Positions 55,152 through 64,000 of a stretch of DNA of 64,000 nt are shown here, one piece after another; positions within the stretch are counted from its first letter, which is position 1, and every line of letters starts with the position of its first letter. The position numbers were made by a program, and so were the translations under genes. This DNA comes from a virus. The stretch is taken from the IMG/VR virus record IMGVR_UViG_3300037258_000147, positions 40,681-104,680 of that record, one strand, 5' to 3'. Under the pieces are notes generated by a model that saw only the letters and a list, made by a program, of their open reading frames with translations, was not told the DNA's origin and did not search any database.

Positions 55152-56361
55152 AGAAAAAACGCCGTATAAAAACCCACTGGCTGGTCTTGACTTGCGAGGA
55201 GTCCAAGCTCTCTTGAAAGAGCGGCTCTCTGTATTGGCGCATGGGTACAAATTACCCTACATGCAGTGGTATGAAGACGATTTCAAGAGTTCGGAGGGCG
55301 TCGAGGAGATGGCCCCGCTGTCCCGTCTGATGTATCGCCAGCTTCTGGCAAAGGCTTGGGTGTCGCGGGACGCTCCCTATCTCCCTGCGGACAAGGAAAG
55401 GCTCTTTCGGTTGGCTGATTGCCCGAACGAAGAGTTGTGGGAGAAACATAGTGGTCAGGTTCTGGCGATGTTTGAGAAGACAAAAGACAAGAAAAGGTTG
55501 TTCCATTCGCGGCAACTTTTGGATTATGTCACACAAATCGTGAAAATTTCTGCTAATACAATTAACGGAAGAAAAGGTGGTCGTCCTCCCAAATCAAAGA
55601 AAATAAAAGACATACCAGAAACCCAAATGAAACCCGATCCAAACCCAACGGAAACGCAATCAGAACTAGAACTAGAATCAAAACTAGAATCAAAATCACA
55701 AGCAGAAATATACGATTCCAGCGAACAAGGGGAAGCTATGAAAACCGAGAGACAGATCGACATCCTGACACAGCAGTTCTTCGGAAAGAAAGCTTATCTG
55801 CGAGGACGTAACGGGGGAGAACTAAAAACCCTTATCTTGCTGCACAAGGGATCGTCCGTAGAACGGGCTTACATCGAGTGGTGCCAGTCCAACCAAGGCA
55901 ACCCTGATATCCACGATCCCGTGGCCGTCTTTCTTGAAGCCGCGAACGAGTGTCTTGGCGCAGAAACCCCCCTCCAAGCCGTTTTGAAAGACCCAGAGGT
56001 AGTTTCCCTTGCCCGAGAGCTTTCCTACCTCGCCTCGGGTCAAATAGCGTTCTTAGACAAGCAACGTGTGAGGCTAGCGGAAGTCCTGAAAGAGTTTTCG
56101 GCTCCTGAAATCATTTCGGTGTTCGGAGTCTGGCTCGGAGAACAAGACTTGTCTGACCCCAAAAACGTGCCTTACCTCCCGGGAAAGTTTGTCCAGATTG
56201 TGGACGGATTAGCGTACGCGGCCCGAAAAAAGTCGATAGAATCCGAGAAAACCCGTTTAACTCGGGAAGAAACCGCCAAGAAACTCCAAAAGCAAGCGGA
56301 AGACGAGCGGGCAAAAAAACCAGTGGAATCTGACTTCGATCCGCTGGCAGATGTGGTATAA
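55144..56361 (+). CDS. DUF1376/YdaU-like replication initiator
   Basis: PYMQWY.DDF...Y..LL..AW...LP; NG.KGGRP linker. Confidence 0.7.
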   Translation: MDEEKTPYKNPLAGLDLRGVQALLKERLSVLAHGYKLPYMQWYEDDFKSSEGVEEMAPLSRLMYRQLLAKAWVSRDAPYLPADKERLFRLADCPNEELWEKHSGQVLAMFEKTKDKKRLFHSRQLLDYVTQIVKISANTINGRKGGRPPKSKKIKDIPETQMKPDPNPTETQSELELESKLESKSQAEIYDSSEQGEAMKTERQIDILTQQFFGKKAYLRGRNGGELKTLILLHKGSSVERAYIEWCQSNQGNPDIHDPVAVFLEAANECLGAETPLQAVLKDPEVVSLARELSYLASGQIAFLDKQRVRLAEVLKEFSAPEIISVFGVWLGEQDLSDPKNVPYLPGKFVQIVDGLAYAARKKSIESEKTRLTREETAKKLQKQAEDERAKKPVESDFDPLADVV

Positions 56362-56369
56362 TACAAGAA

Positions 56370-56900
56370 ATGGCAAATTTGTTTGTAATCTCGGACACCC
56401 ATTTTGGGCACGCTAATATCCTGAATTTTCAACGGGAAGACGGGTCACCGCTCCGAGATTTTTCTTGTGCGGAAGAAATGGACCAGCACATCGTGGATAA
56501 ATGGAATTCTACGGTTCGCCCCCAAGACCATGTTTATCACCTAGGGGATGTGGCTATGAGAAAAGAACATCTTTCCACGGTAAAACGGTGTAACGGACAC
56601 AAGAGGCTGGTTCGGGGGAACCATGATATTTTCCGGACCAAGGACTACTTGGAATATTTTGACGAAATCTACGCAAGCCGAGTTCTTGACGGACTGATTT
56701 TTACACATATTCCTATTCATATCAATAGTTTGGGGAGATTTACAGCCAACGTACACGGGCACACTCACACTATGCCACAAGGAACTTTCGGCCCGAATTA
56801 TTATAATGTTTCCGTGGAAATGATGAATTATACTCCAGTTTCTCTCGAAGATTTGAAGATTCTGGTTCACGACTTTCAACACCCGATTGAGGAATTATGA
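56370..56900 (+). CDS. Phage metallophosphoesterase
   Basis: SDTHFGH.NI, YHLGD, GNHD, THIP, HGHTH; leaderless after TGTGG-TATAAT. Confidence 0.9.
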   Translation: MANLFVISDTHFGHANILNFQREDGSPLRDFSCAEEMDQHIVDKWNSTVRPQDHVYHLGDVAMRKEHLSTVKRCNGHKRLVRGNHDIFRTKDYLEYFDEIYASRVLDGLIFTHIPIHINSLGRFTANVHGHTHTMPQGTFGPNYYNVSVEMMNYTPVSLEDLKILVHDFQHPIEEL

Positions 56901-57125
56901 AACCGGAAAGAATTTACACGGACGCGGAGTTGCTGGACCTCCAAAATTCTACTGTCAGAGCATTAGCCTCGGACCTGTGGAATACTAGGAATTATCCGCA
57001 AGTAGAAATTAAGATAACCCAACCTGTCCATTTTGGTTTTACAACGGAACAACCGCTTCCGGAGTAGATTGGATTTGTGAAAGATGCGGAAAAGACCAGT
57101 ATTTTGAGCACGAGGTGTACGAATA

Positions 57126-57995
57126 ATGAACTTTTCTTACATTAGTGTTTGCAGTGGTATAGAAGCCACCACCGTCGCTTGGGAAGATTTGGGTTGGAAA
57201 GCCAAAGCCTTCGCGGAGATTGAGAAATTTCCGAACCAAGTTCTTTCTCATCATTACCCCAACATCCCAAACGTAGGGGATTTTACCAAGATTCAAGGAG
57301 ATGAATATGGCAGCGTTGACCTGCTTGTTGGAGGAACCCCATGCCAAGATTTTAGCGTTGCCGGACTCAGAGCGGGTCTGGATGGACAGCGTGGTCAACT
57401 CGCAATTGAATTCGCACGACTTGCTGCGAGACTACGGTCCAGATGGCTTGTTTGGGAAAATGTTCCCGGAGTTTTGTCTATTGAAGGAGGACGAGCGTTT
57501 GGAACCTTCCTCGCCACGTTGGGGAAATTCGGGTATGGGTTTGCTTACAGAATTCTCGACGCTCAATACTTCGGAGTACCCCAAAGACGCCGTCGTGTTT
57601 TCGTTGTCGGATATCTTGGAGACTGGAGACCCGCCGCAGCGGTACTTCTTGAAAGAGAAGCATTTGCAAACCACACTAAAGGAAGCAATAATAAAAGGAG
57701 GAGCTTTCCTGTTCTCAGTTGCAGAAACGCGGGAAATGCAAACGCAAGAGGTCTTGTCCTTTATCAAAACGGAAACTTTCGAGCGTGTACCCCAGAAGAA
57801 GAAGAGGCGCGTCAAGGATTTCCAAAAGGATATACCAGAGTAAATAAATCTTCTGATACTCAGAGGTACAAAGCGCTCGGGAACTCAATGGCGGTTCCTG
57901 TAATGCTATGGATAGGACAGAGGATCGAGTTGGTCGAAACAATGATCCGAGAAGAACACGATTGGCTCACAGAACTCGAAGAGTCTGTGGTATAA
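57126..57995 (+). CDS. C5 cytosine DNA methyltransferase
   Basis: GGTPCQ, WENV, PQRRRRVF, YKALGNS. Confidence 0.92.
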   Translation: MNFSYISVCSGIEATTVAWEDLGWKAKAFAEIEKFPNQVLSHHYPNIPNVGDFTKIQGDEYGSVDLLVGGTPCQDFSVAGLRAGLDGQRGQLAIEFARLAARLRSRWLVWENVPGVLSIEGGRAFGTFLATLGKFGYGFAYRILDAQYFGVPQRRRRVFVVGYLGDWRPAAAVLLEREAFANHTKGSNNKRRSFPVLSCRNAGNANARGLVLYQNGNFRACTPEEEEARQGFPKGYTRVNKSSDTQRYKALGNSMAVPVMLWIGQRIELVETMIREEHDWLTELEESVV

Positions 57996-58217
57996 TAGGG
58001 TTTTAATTCCGAATAATGGACACGAGGTGGTAATTGAATATCAATCAGAGACTGCGGAACAACTTTGAGGAAGAGGTGCTGGTTCCGGCGTTTAACATCC
58101 TTGACGACGTTATTGAGTGGCTCGCGGACAATGTCGCCCCAGAAGACGTAGTTGCAGACGTCCAACTAGAAACTTGGGCCTACGATAATGGATTTAAGAA
58201 ATTTGAATAGGGGGAAC

Positions 58218-59075
58218 ATGGGAGGAAAAGTGAAGCCTTTAGTCATATACCACGGTAACTGTCAGGACGGGTTTACCGCCGCTTGGGCCTGCTGGTCTAA
58301 GCATCCTGATTGGGATTTTTACCCAGCCAAGCACGGAGAACCGCCGCCCGAGGTGCTTTATCGAGACGTGTACATGCTGGACTTCTCTTACAAGCGGCCT
58401 GTAATTGAAAAGATGTTGGGAGAGGTTCGGAGTTTGACAATTCTGGACCACCACAAGACAGCAGAAGCGGATTTAAAGTTTCCGTTTGACTCGGACCCGC
58501 ATAATATGGTGGATGTTAAAATCATCTTCGACATGGACAAGTCCGGGGCGCGGTTAGCCTGGGAGTGTTTTCATCCTAACGAACCAATTCCAGTCCTCGT
58601 TACGCGGGTTGAAGATCGGGATTTATGGAGATTCCGCTATCCAGATACCGAGGGAATCTCATCATACCTCTTCAGTTGTAACTATGATTTTAAGGAGTGG
58701 GGTTGGTTGGCTCACTTAGCCGAAGACCCCCACGATTTGGAAGAAATGGAAGGATATGGAAATGTCATTCTAAGGAAACAGAAGAAAGACACAGACGAAC
58801 TCCTCCAAAACAAATTCAAGATGATAATCGGCGAACACGAGGTTTGGGCTTGTAACCTGCCCTATACTTTTTCATCAGACGCCGGAAATATTTTGGCTCA
58901 AGGACAACCGTTCGGAGCGACATTTTACGTAGACGAAAACTCTGCTTATTTCAGCCTTAGGTCCACTGAAGAAGGAATAGACGTGTCTGATATCGCAAAA
59001 TCTTACGGAGGCGGAGGACACAAGCACGCTGCGGGATTTAAAGTTCCTCTTGCGACTCCTGTATTTCAAATATGA
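58218..59075 (+). CDS. DHH/DHHA1 phosphoesterase
   Basis: YH.NC.DG, LDF, LDHH, EDRDLW, SLRS, GGGGH.HAAGF. Confidence 0.9.
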   Translation: MGGKVKPLVIYHGNCQDGFTAAWACWSKHPDWDFYPAKHGEPPPEVLYRDVYMLDFSYKRPVIEKMLGEVRSLTILDHHKTAEADLKFPFDSDPHNMVDVKIIFDMDKSGARLAWECFHPNEPIPVLVTRVEDRDLWRFRYPDTEGISSYLFSCNYDFKEWGWLAHLAEDPHDLEEMEGYGNVILRKQKKDTDELLQNKFKMIIGEHEVWACNLPYTFSSDAGNILAQGQPFGATFYVDENSAYFSLRSTEEGIDVSDIAKSYGGGGHKHAAGFKVPLATPVFQI

Positions 59076-59302
59076 AAATCCGAGAATGGGCTACTACTCA
59101 ATCCGAGCACTTTATTGTCTCTGAAGTCATAGACGCGGGTGAAATTCTCGAACATTACGGAGAGGTCTTAGGACAGAATTTCAATGTAGGAAATGCTATA
59201 GACAGGGCCGCTGAAATGCTTTGTGTATTCTTCGATGAAGAAGAAAACTGGGAAGACCGGATTAAGAAAATAAAGGAAATTGGGTATTCGGATTGGACAT
59301 GA
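59072..59302 (+). CDS. Hypothetical protein
   Basis: ATGA overlap. Confidence 0.55.
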   Translation: MKIREWATTQSEHFIVSEVIDAGEILEHYGEVLGQNFNVGNAIDRAAEMLCVFFDEEENWEDRIKKIKEIGYSDWT

Positions 59303-60059
59303 TGGAAGACAAGATTAAGTTATATCAAGGCGACTGTCTGGAAATTATGAAGCAAATTCCGGATAAGTCGGTGGACTTTATTCTTTGCGACTTCCCTTAT
59401 GGAACTACTCAGAATAAATGGGATTCGATTATCTCTCTCTCTCCGAATTGTGGAGGCATTATAACAGAATCTCTTCGGGACCGGTGGTGCTAACAGCCCA
59501 ATCTCCGTTTGACAAAATATTAGGGGCGTCGAACATATCTTTATACAAGTATGAATGGATATGGAACAAATCAAGAGCTACCGGACACCTGAACGCCAAT
59601 CGTCAGCCACTAAAAAATCACGAAAATGTTTTGGTATTTTACGACCGGCAATGCCCGTACAATCCGCAAGGGCTTTCTCGGAAGATAATACCCACCGTCA
59701 GACGCGGAAGGGATAACGGAAGCAATTATGGAAAGTCAGATAAAGACGCGGTGCAGGAATTCGAAAACTACCCCCGAAGCGTTCTTAATTTTCCCAGCGA
59801 GGCAAAGCCCGTACATCCAACCCAAAAACCAGTCCAATTAATGGAATATATGATTAACACTTATACAAATAGAGAAATGACCGTCCTAGACAATTGCATG
59901 GGTTCAGGAACAACTGGAGTAGCTTGCGTAAACACGGGACGAAAATTCATCGGGATTGAAAAAGATCCCGTGTATTTTGAACTAGCTAAGAAAAGAATTG
60001 AGGAAGCACAGAACTCTCGTTTAGAAACGGATTGGCTCGCCGAATTGGAGACTGATTAG
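59299..60059 (+). pseudogene. N6A/N4C DNA methyltransferase (beta class), frameshifted at (TC)6
   Basis: GDCL...CDFPYG in frame 1; HPTQKP...VLDNCMGSGTTG in frame 2; deleting one TC at 59432-59443 fuses them (IISLSELW). Confidence 0.85.
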
Positions 60060-61903
60060 TGGATGATCTCGACAAAATTAAATCGGACCCGGCGGTACTA
60101 AGAGTCTACAATCAATACGTCCAGCTAAAAAAGAACGGGGATAAGTATCAAGGGTGCTGCCCAATTCATCAGGAAAAAACTCCGTCGTTTACAGTATTTC
60201 CGGATATGCGCGCGTGTTGCTTCGGCTGCGGAACAAATCTCAATATTTTTCAACTTGTCCAGAAAATGGATAACTGCGATTTTCAGACAGCGGTACAAAA
60301 AGTGAAAAAAGAAATTGGGGGCTGGGAGTCTACAAAACAAAAAGTAGAATCTATATTTAAGCCGGTCGCCGAGCAAAAAGTTTACAAAACAATTCCACTT
60401 TCTTCTTGGCCTAGGGTAGAATCTGCCCTAAAGAGCAGCAAAGAAGCGATAACCTACCTTCAAGAGCAGAGAGGAATCGGAGTAGAGACTGCCCAGAAAT
60501 TAAGGCTTGGATTTGTCCAGAATATCGGGATACTAGCAGGCGAACAAGGCGCGGACATTGCCGACAAGGGCTGGTTAGCCTTTCCGTGTATTGAAGGCGA
60601 CAAAATTGTCTCGGTTAAGTACCGTTCAATTGTTAGGAAAAAGCCCGGAGGATTTGCCCGCCAGCCTGGAATGGCTACCGCTCTCTGGAATACCGAGACT
60701 ATAGACCCGTTTGAGCCGCTGTACGTTACCGAAGGAGAATTTGATGCGACATGCCTAGAGGCTGCTGGTTTTCGAGCCGTAAGTGTTCCCTCAGCCGGTA
60801 CAAAACTGACTCCGGAGATGAAGGACCAGTTGATGACCGCCTCCTGCGTTATATTATCAGGAGATTCGGATACTACGGGCGCGGGATATATGAACAAGCT
60901 TTGGAGAGAATTATCCGAACGGGTATATCTTTTGACATGGCCGTCTGGTTTGAAGGATGCAAATGATGTTTACTTGTCGAACCCTCAGCACTTCCGCAAA
61001 ACTGTAGAGGAATTGACACAAAAAGCTAAGTCCCAGCCGGTCCCAGACGTTTATAGTATCCAGGAAGTCCTGTCAAACGGAGAGGATAAGAGTTTGTCAG
61101 ATCGAGAAGACCGGCTTAGGTTTCCCTGGACGGAAGTAGACCAAGGAGCTATACTTTTACCCGGGTCTTTGCTTGGAGTGATGGCTACAAATACGGGACA
61201 AGGAAAGACAGCTTTTACTCTTCAATACAGCCTGTACGGGGCGCGGAAATATAACGAAACTGTAGTAAACTGGCAGTGCGAGCTATCCCCATCCGAGATT
61301 GCGGTTATGGTAGCTGCGCAAGTCTTGAGAAAAAATAGGAATTTTCTCACAAAAGACGATCTAAAACTGGCCGCAAACGAGCTAGAAGGTATACAATATT
61401 ATATAGGAAATAATCCTTCTGTAACGAATATCATGGACGTGTTTGACCTGATTGAAGCGGCTGTCCGTAGAATAGGGGCAACACACTGGGTTCTCGACAA
61501 CCTGCATTTTTATACCACGGGAATCGACGATGAAGTTCGAGTACAAGCCGCCGCCATGAAACGAGGCAAACAAATATGTGTTACTTACGGGTGTAAGGGA
61601 ACCATAGTTTTTCAACCACGTAAAGCCACGAGTCAGTCGAAGGGAAAAAAGACCCACATCTCCGATGTAAAAGGATCGGCATCCGCCGGAGACACTTCAG
61701 ACGCTGTGGTAGCTATTCACCGAGAACTGTCCAAAGAAGACGGAAAAAACGATATTTATGAGGAAAAAACTTTGGTGGAATGGTTAAAAACCCGTTCTAA
61801 AGGAATTGGAAAAGCGTCTTCGTTCTTGCATTTCTTCGGAGAATTTGCCTGCTTCGAGTCGTTGGAATCGAACTACGGAAGTCCAGAAAATGGACAAAAC
61901 TGA
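60059..61903 (+). CDS. Primase-helicase (CHC2 Zn finger, TOPRIM, SF4 helicase)
   Basis: CPIH.EKTPSF...CFGC; TEGEFDA; DSD..G; KDAND; TGQGKT; LDNLH. Confidence 0.88.
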   Translation: MDDLDKIKSDPAVLRVYNQYVQLKKNGDKYQGCCPIHQEKTPSFTVFPDMRACCFGCGTNLNIFQLVQKMDNCDFQTAVQKVKKEIGGWESTKQKVESIFKPVAEQKVYKTIPLSSWPRVESALKSSKEAITYLQEQRGIGVETAQKLRLGFVQNIGILAGEQGADIADKGWLAFPCIEGDKIVSVKYRSIVRKKPGGFARQPGMATALWNTETIDPFEPLYVTEGEFDATCLEAAGFRAVSVPSAGTKLTPEMKDQLMTASCVILSGDSDTTGAGYMNKLWRELSERVYLLTWPSGLKDANDVYLSNPQHFRKTVEELTQKAKSQPVPDVYSIQEVLSNGEDKSLSDREDRLRFPWTEVDQGAILLPGSLLGVMATNTGQGKTAFTLQYSLYGARKYNETVVNWQCELSPSEIAVMVAAQVLRKNRNFLTKDDLKLAANELEGIQYYIGNNPSVTNIMDVFDLIEAAVRRIGATHWVLDNLHFYTTGIDDEVRVQAAAMKRGKQICVTYGCKGTIVFQPRKATSQSKGKKTHISDVKGSASAGDTSDAVVAIHRELSKEDGKNDIYEEKTLVEWLKTRSKGIGKASSFLHFFGEFACFESLESNYGSPENGQN

Positions 61904-61909
61904 GGTACA

Positions 61910-62968
61910 ATGAACATCTCCGCACCAATCTTAAAAGCCGCTCTCAAGAAACTTGGGCCTGTAAAGACCGAGGTTTATACGGTCTCAGACAGATATATCC
62001 TGGGCCGGGATACGGACGTACTAGTTCTAGAATCCTGTTCCCTCGGCCTAGGTGAATTCAATATCAACGGAAAAAAGTTCTCGCAAGTAATCAACAGAAT
62101 GTCCGGAAATATTGAGATTACTCGGGACGACAAAAAACTGGTAATAAAGTCGGCCAAGGCAAAAATTGAACTTGAGATTTTCCAGATCAAGACCCCAGTT
62201 CTTCCTGAAATTCCCGCCAAGACTTTTAGGTTGGATGCGGAAAAATTCAAGTCCGCGCTGGCCTCCGCGTCAGCCTACGCCTCGCCAGCAAAATCCGCTG
62301 CGTTTGGAGACGTGGTTTTGATTCAAAGTCTGCCGTTGGGCATTGAAGAAACTTCTCCATCAGGATATAGAATTGTCGGGACGGACAGTATTATCGAGGG
62401 AATTGCTGAGGTAGAATACCCCCTGCCTAGTGAGTTCAAAATCTTACTTAATTTAACAGCGGCCTCGGCTGTCCGCTTAATGGACTCGGATAAAATTAGC
62501 TTTGGGGAAACAAATACCGCGCTGTATTTTGAAAGTCCTGATACCAAGGTTTTTGCGGCTAAGCCCCTGAAGACTTTTCCAGACCACGATAAACTCTTGG
62601 CGCTTCCAACTGTCGTGAAATACGGATTCGACCCAGAGGAACTCCTGTCTGCTCTAAAAACTATAGAACCTTTAATCGACGAATCCGTAGATGATGGGGC
62701 AATTTCTTTACATTTTCGGGATAATGTGGTAGAATGTTCTTCAGTCGGAGTTGGAAGCACTGCATTAGATCAAGCTGGCTGCGAGCAGATAGACCCCGAT
62801 CCTATATTCGATCCAAGGGAAATCAAGATTAAAATGCTGCATAAACGCTTGTCAGGATTTTTGAGCAAGACTAAAGGGCAGGCAAGCCTAGGATTAACTT
62901 CTCACCCAGTTAGGCTGGAATCAAACGGAGTTGTTGTTCTTACTATGCCGGTGAAGGACCGTAAATGA
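61910..62968 (+). CDS. Sliding-clamp (DNA pol III beta)-like protein
   Basis: 352 aa, VGTD, FPDHDKL and C-terminal LTMPV, as in the beta-clamp pattern; clamp loader in the same window. Confidence 0.65.
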   Translation: MNISAPILKAALKKLGPVKTEVYTVSDRYILGRDTDVLVLESCSLGLGEFNINGKKFSQVINRMSGNIEITRDDKKLVIKSAKAKIELEIFQIKTPVLPEIPAKTFRLDAEKFKSALASASAYASPAKSAAFGDVVLIQSLPLGIEETSPSGYRIVGTDSIIEGIAEVEYPLPSEFKILLNLTAASAVRLMDSDKISFGETNTALYFESPDTKVFAAKPLKTFPDHDKLLALPTVVKYGFDPEELLSALKTIEPLIDESVDDGAISLHFRDNVVECSSVGVGSTALDQAGCEQIDPDPIFDPREIKIKMLHKRLSGFLSKTKGQASLGLTSHPVRLESNGVVVLTMPVKDRK

Positions 62969-63657
62969 CCGAAGCCATTATTTTAGCGCCGATAAACCAA
63001 GAAGCCGCCCTGAAAATTGGGGAGGAAATTGACGTACTACTAAGTCATATATCCACCAACGAACTTAAGCTGTCGAAATCCTACGCCCGTTTAGGCAGTA
63101 AGTTGAAAGAAGTCAAGGTAAACCAGTATTGGATATCGCTTGGATACGAAAAATTCACAGGTTATTTAGAACACGTTCGAGCTAAATTAGGAAAAGAGAG
63201 GTCGCATTTGTACGCTATTTTGTCCGTAGCCGAGAGTCTACTTCCTCATATCTCCGAAGAAAAACTTGAGCAGATCGGAATAAGCAAAGCTCACGAACTA
63301 AGGCGGCTGATACAGCAAGGCGGAAGCGTAGAAACAGACGTAGACTCCGGCGACTCGGATCAACCTGTCCATTTATTGGACTATGCCTCGGACCCCAAGA
63401 CTACAGCAAAAGCTCTTAGGGTAAAGGTAAATGAAGCCCTTCATATTTTCGAGCAGCCTAAAGGAAACTGGTTTGACATCCAAGGATTTTACGCAACCCC
63501 AGACGAGAGAAAGGAAATTGAAGAGTTCTGGGAGATTGGTAGGAAGGTTTTGCAAATTGAGGCGGAGCAGGAGCACGAAGTCCGCAAGCAAGTTTTCTTA
63601 GCTTCAGTCCGAGAATCTACAAGTAGCTGGGTCGTGGAGGTGGAAAATGGACGGTGA
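62965..63657 (+). CDS. DUF3102-like putative DNA-binding protein
   Basis: LG..L.EVK....W...GY.KF..YL...LG.ERS.LY...IGISKA.EL. Confidence 0.6.
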   Translation: MTEAIILAPINQEAALKIGEEIDVLLSHISTNELKLSKSYARLGSKLKEVKVNQYWISLGYEKFTGYLEHVRAKLGKERSHLYAILSVAESLLPHISEEKLEQIGISKAHELRRLIQQGGSVETDVDSGDSDQPVHLLDYASDPKTTAKALRVKVNEALHIFEQPKGNWFDIQGFYATPDERKEIEEFWEIGRKVLQIEAEQEHEVRKQVFLASVRESTSSWVVEVENGR

Positions 63658-63844
63658 TTACGACTTGATTAATGTCTGTGACGAGTGTTTTCAGGCTTCT
63701 TGCTGGGCCGGTAAATTTTACTGTGACGGGTATAAAACCGCTGGGATTGCAACAATCCCAAAGTGGGTAGCTCGAAGGCTTGGATTAGAGCACGAGGACT
63801 ACATAAACCTCCCCGAGGTCCAGGTCAGTAATGTCAAAATCTAA
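63647..63844 (+). CDS. Small Cys-containing hypothetical protein
   Basis: VCDECFQASCW.G.FYCD...LEH. Confidence 0.6.
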   Translation: MDGDYDLINVCDECFQASCWAGKFYCDGYKTAGIATIPKWVARRLGLEHEDYINLPEVQVSNVKI

Positions 63845-64000
63845 AAAGCCCAAGATTGTCCACGTACTAATAGGTCCAGAAGGCAAGCCAACTAGGATTT
63901 TCCGAACAAAAGACTGGCTGGATTTTCCGACAAATCAGGTTGTTTTAATGGACAGGGGTTTGGCAGTTCGGCGAATTCGGGAACAGGTTTTTGACAGAAC

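Larger units (their letters stand above)
438..63381. repeat. Dispersed 15-bp gapped palindrome GTCCR-(A/T-rich)5-YGGAC, at least 39 exact copies
   Basis: Starts at 438, 2896, 8245, 11856, 13786, 14892, 18094, 18330, 19141, 20797, 24901, 25728, 25987, 27108, 27790, 29108, 29962, 30406, 34357, 35547, 35762, 36971, 38048, 39591, 41007, 42800, 43095, 44061, 45199, 45797, 47652, 48417, 48950, 52116, 54562, 56191, 61881, 62471, 63367. Confidence 0.95.

Noticed and set aside
57301-57843. 180-aa alternative-frame ORF inside the C5 methyltransferase
   Set aside because: It is fully nested in a gene with intact catalytic motifs, and I have no independent evidence of translation
438-63381. GTCC-N7-GGAC copies as CRISPR repeats, terminators or IS ends
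   Set aside because: Spacing is irregular and kb-scale, many copies are inside ORFs, and there are no consistent U-tails, transposase or target duplications

Overview
This is 64 kb of a large tailed-phage (or prophage) genome with no host housekeeping genes. A soil, possibly Acidobacteria-like host is only an inference from protein style. The left arm (minus strand, 1-23.7 kb) holds the N-terminus of a terminase large subunit, membrane/lysis-type genes and signal-peptide-bearing fibre/beta-helix proteins. It also holds a ~9.4 kb array of ~38 tRNA genes covering all 20 amino acids, interleaved with homing-type endonucleases and orphan structured RNAs, followed by an HNH nuclease, HEXXH proteins, a GH73-like endolysin and a GGQ release-factor-like protein. 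The right arm (plus strand, from a divergence at ~23.9 kb) holds small early genes, a tyrosine recombinase, family A DNA polymerase, RNA ligase, clamp loader, Bet, SSB, split UvrD, PD-(D/E)XK nuclease, two DNA methyltransferases (one frameshifted at a TC microsatellite), primase-helicase and a beta-clamp-like protein. The strongest unexplained signals are: (1) a 15-bp gapped palindrome GTCC-N7-GGAC found at least 39 times (about 1 expected), in intergenic DNA, inside ORFs and as the variable arm of two tRNA-Ser genes; (2) a helical protein flanked by structured RNAs, the downstream one with a 7-nt periodic tract; (3) twister-like and HDV-like ribozymes abutting the RBSs of early genes; (4) D-armless and otherwise non-canonical tRNAs; (5) a shared C-terminal DWLxELE tag on three DNA enzymes. 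All calls were made by eye; no searches were run.
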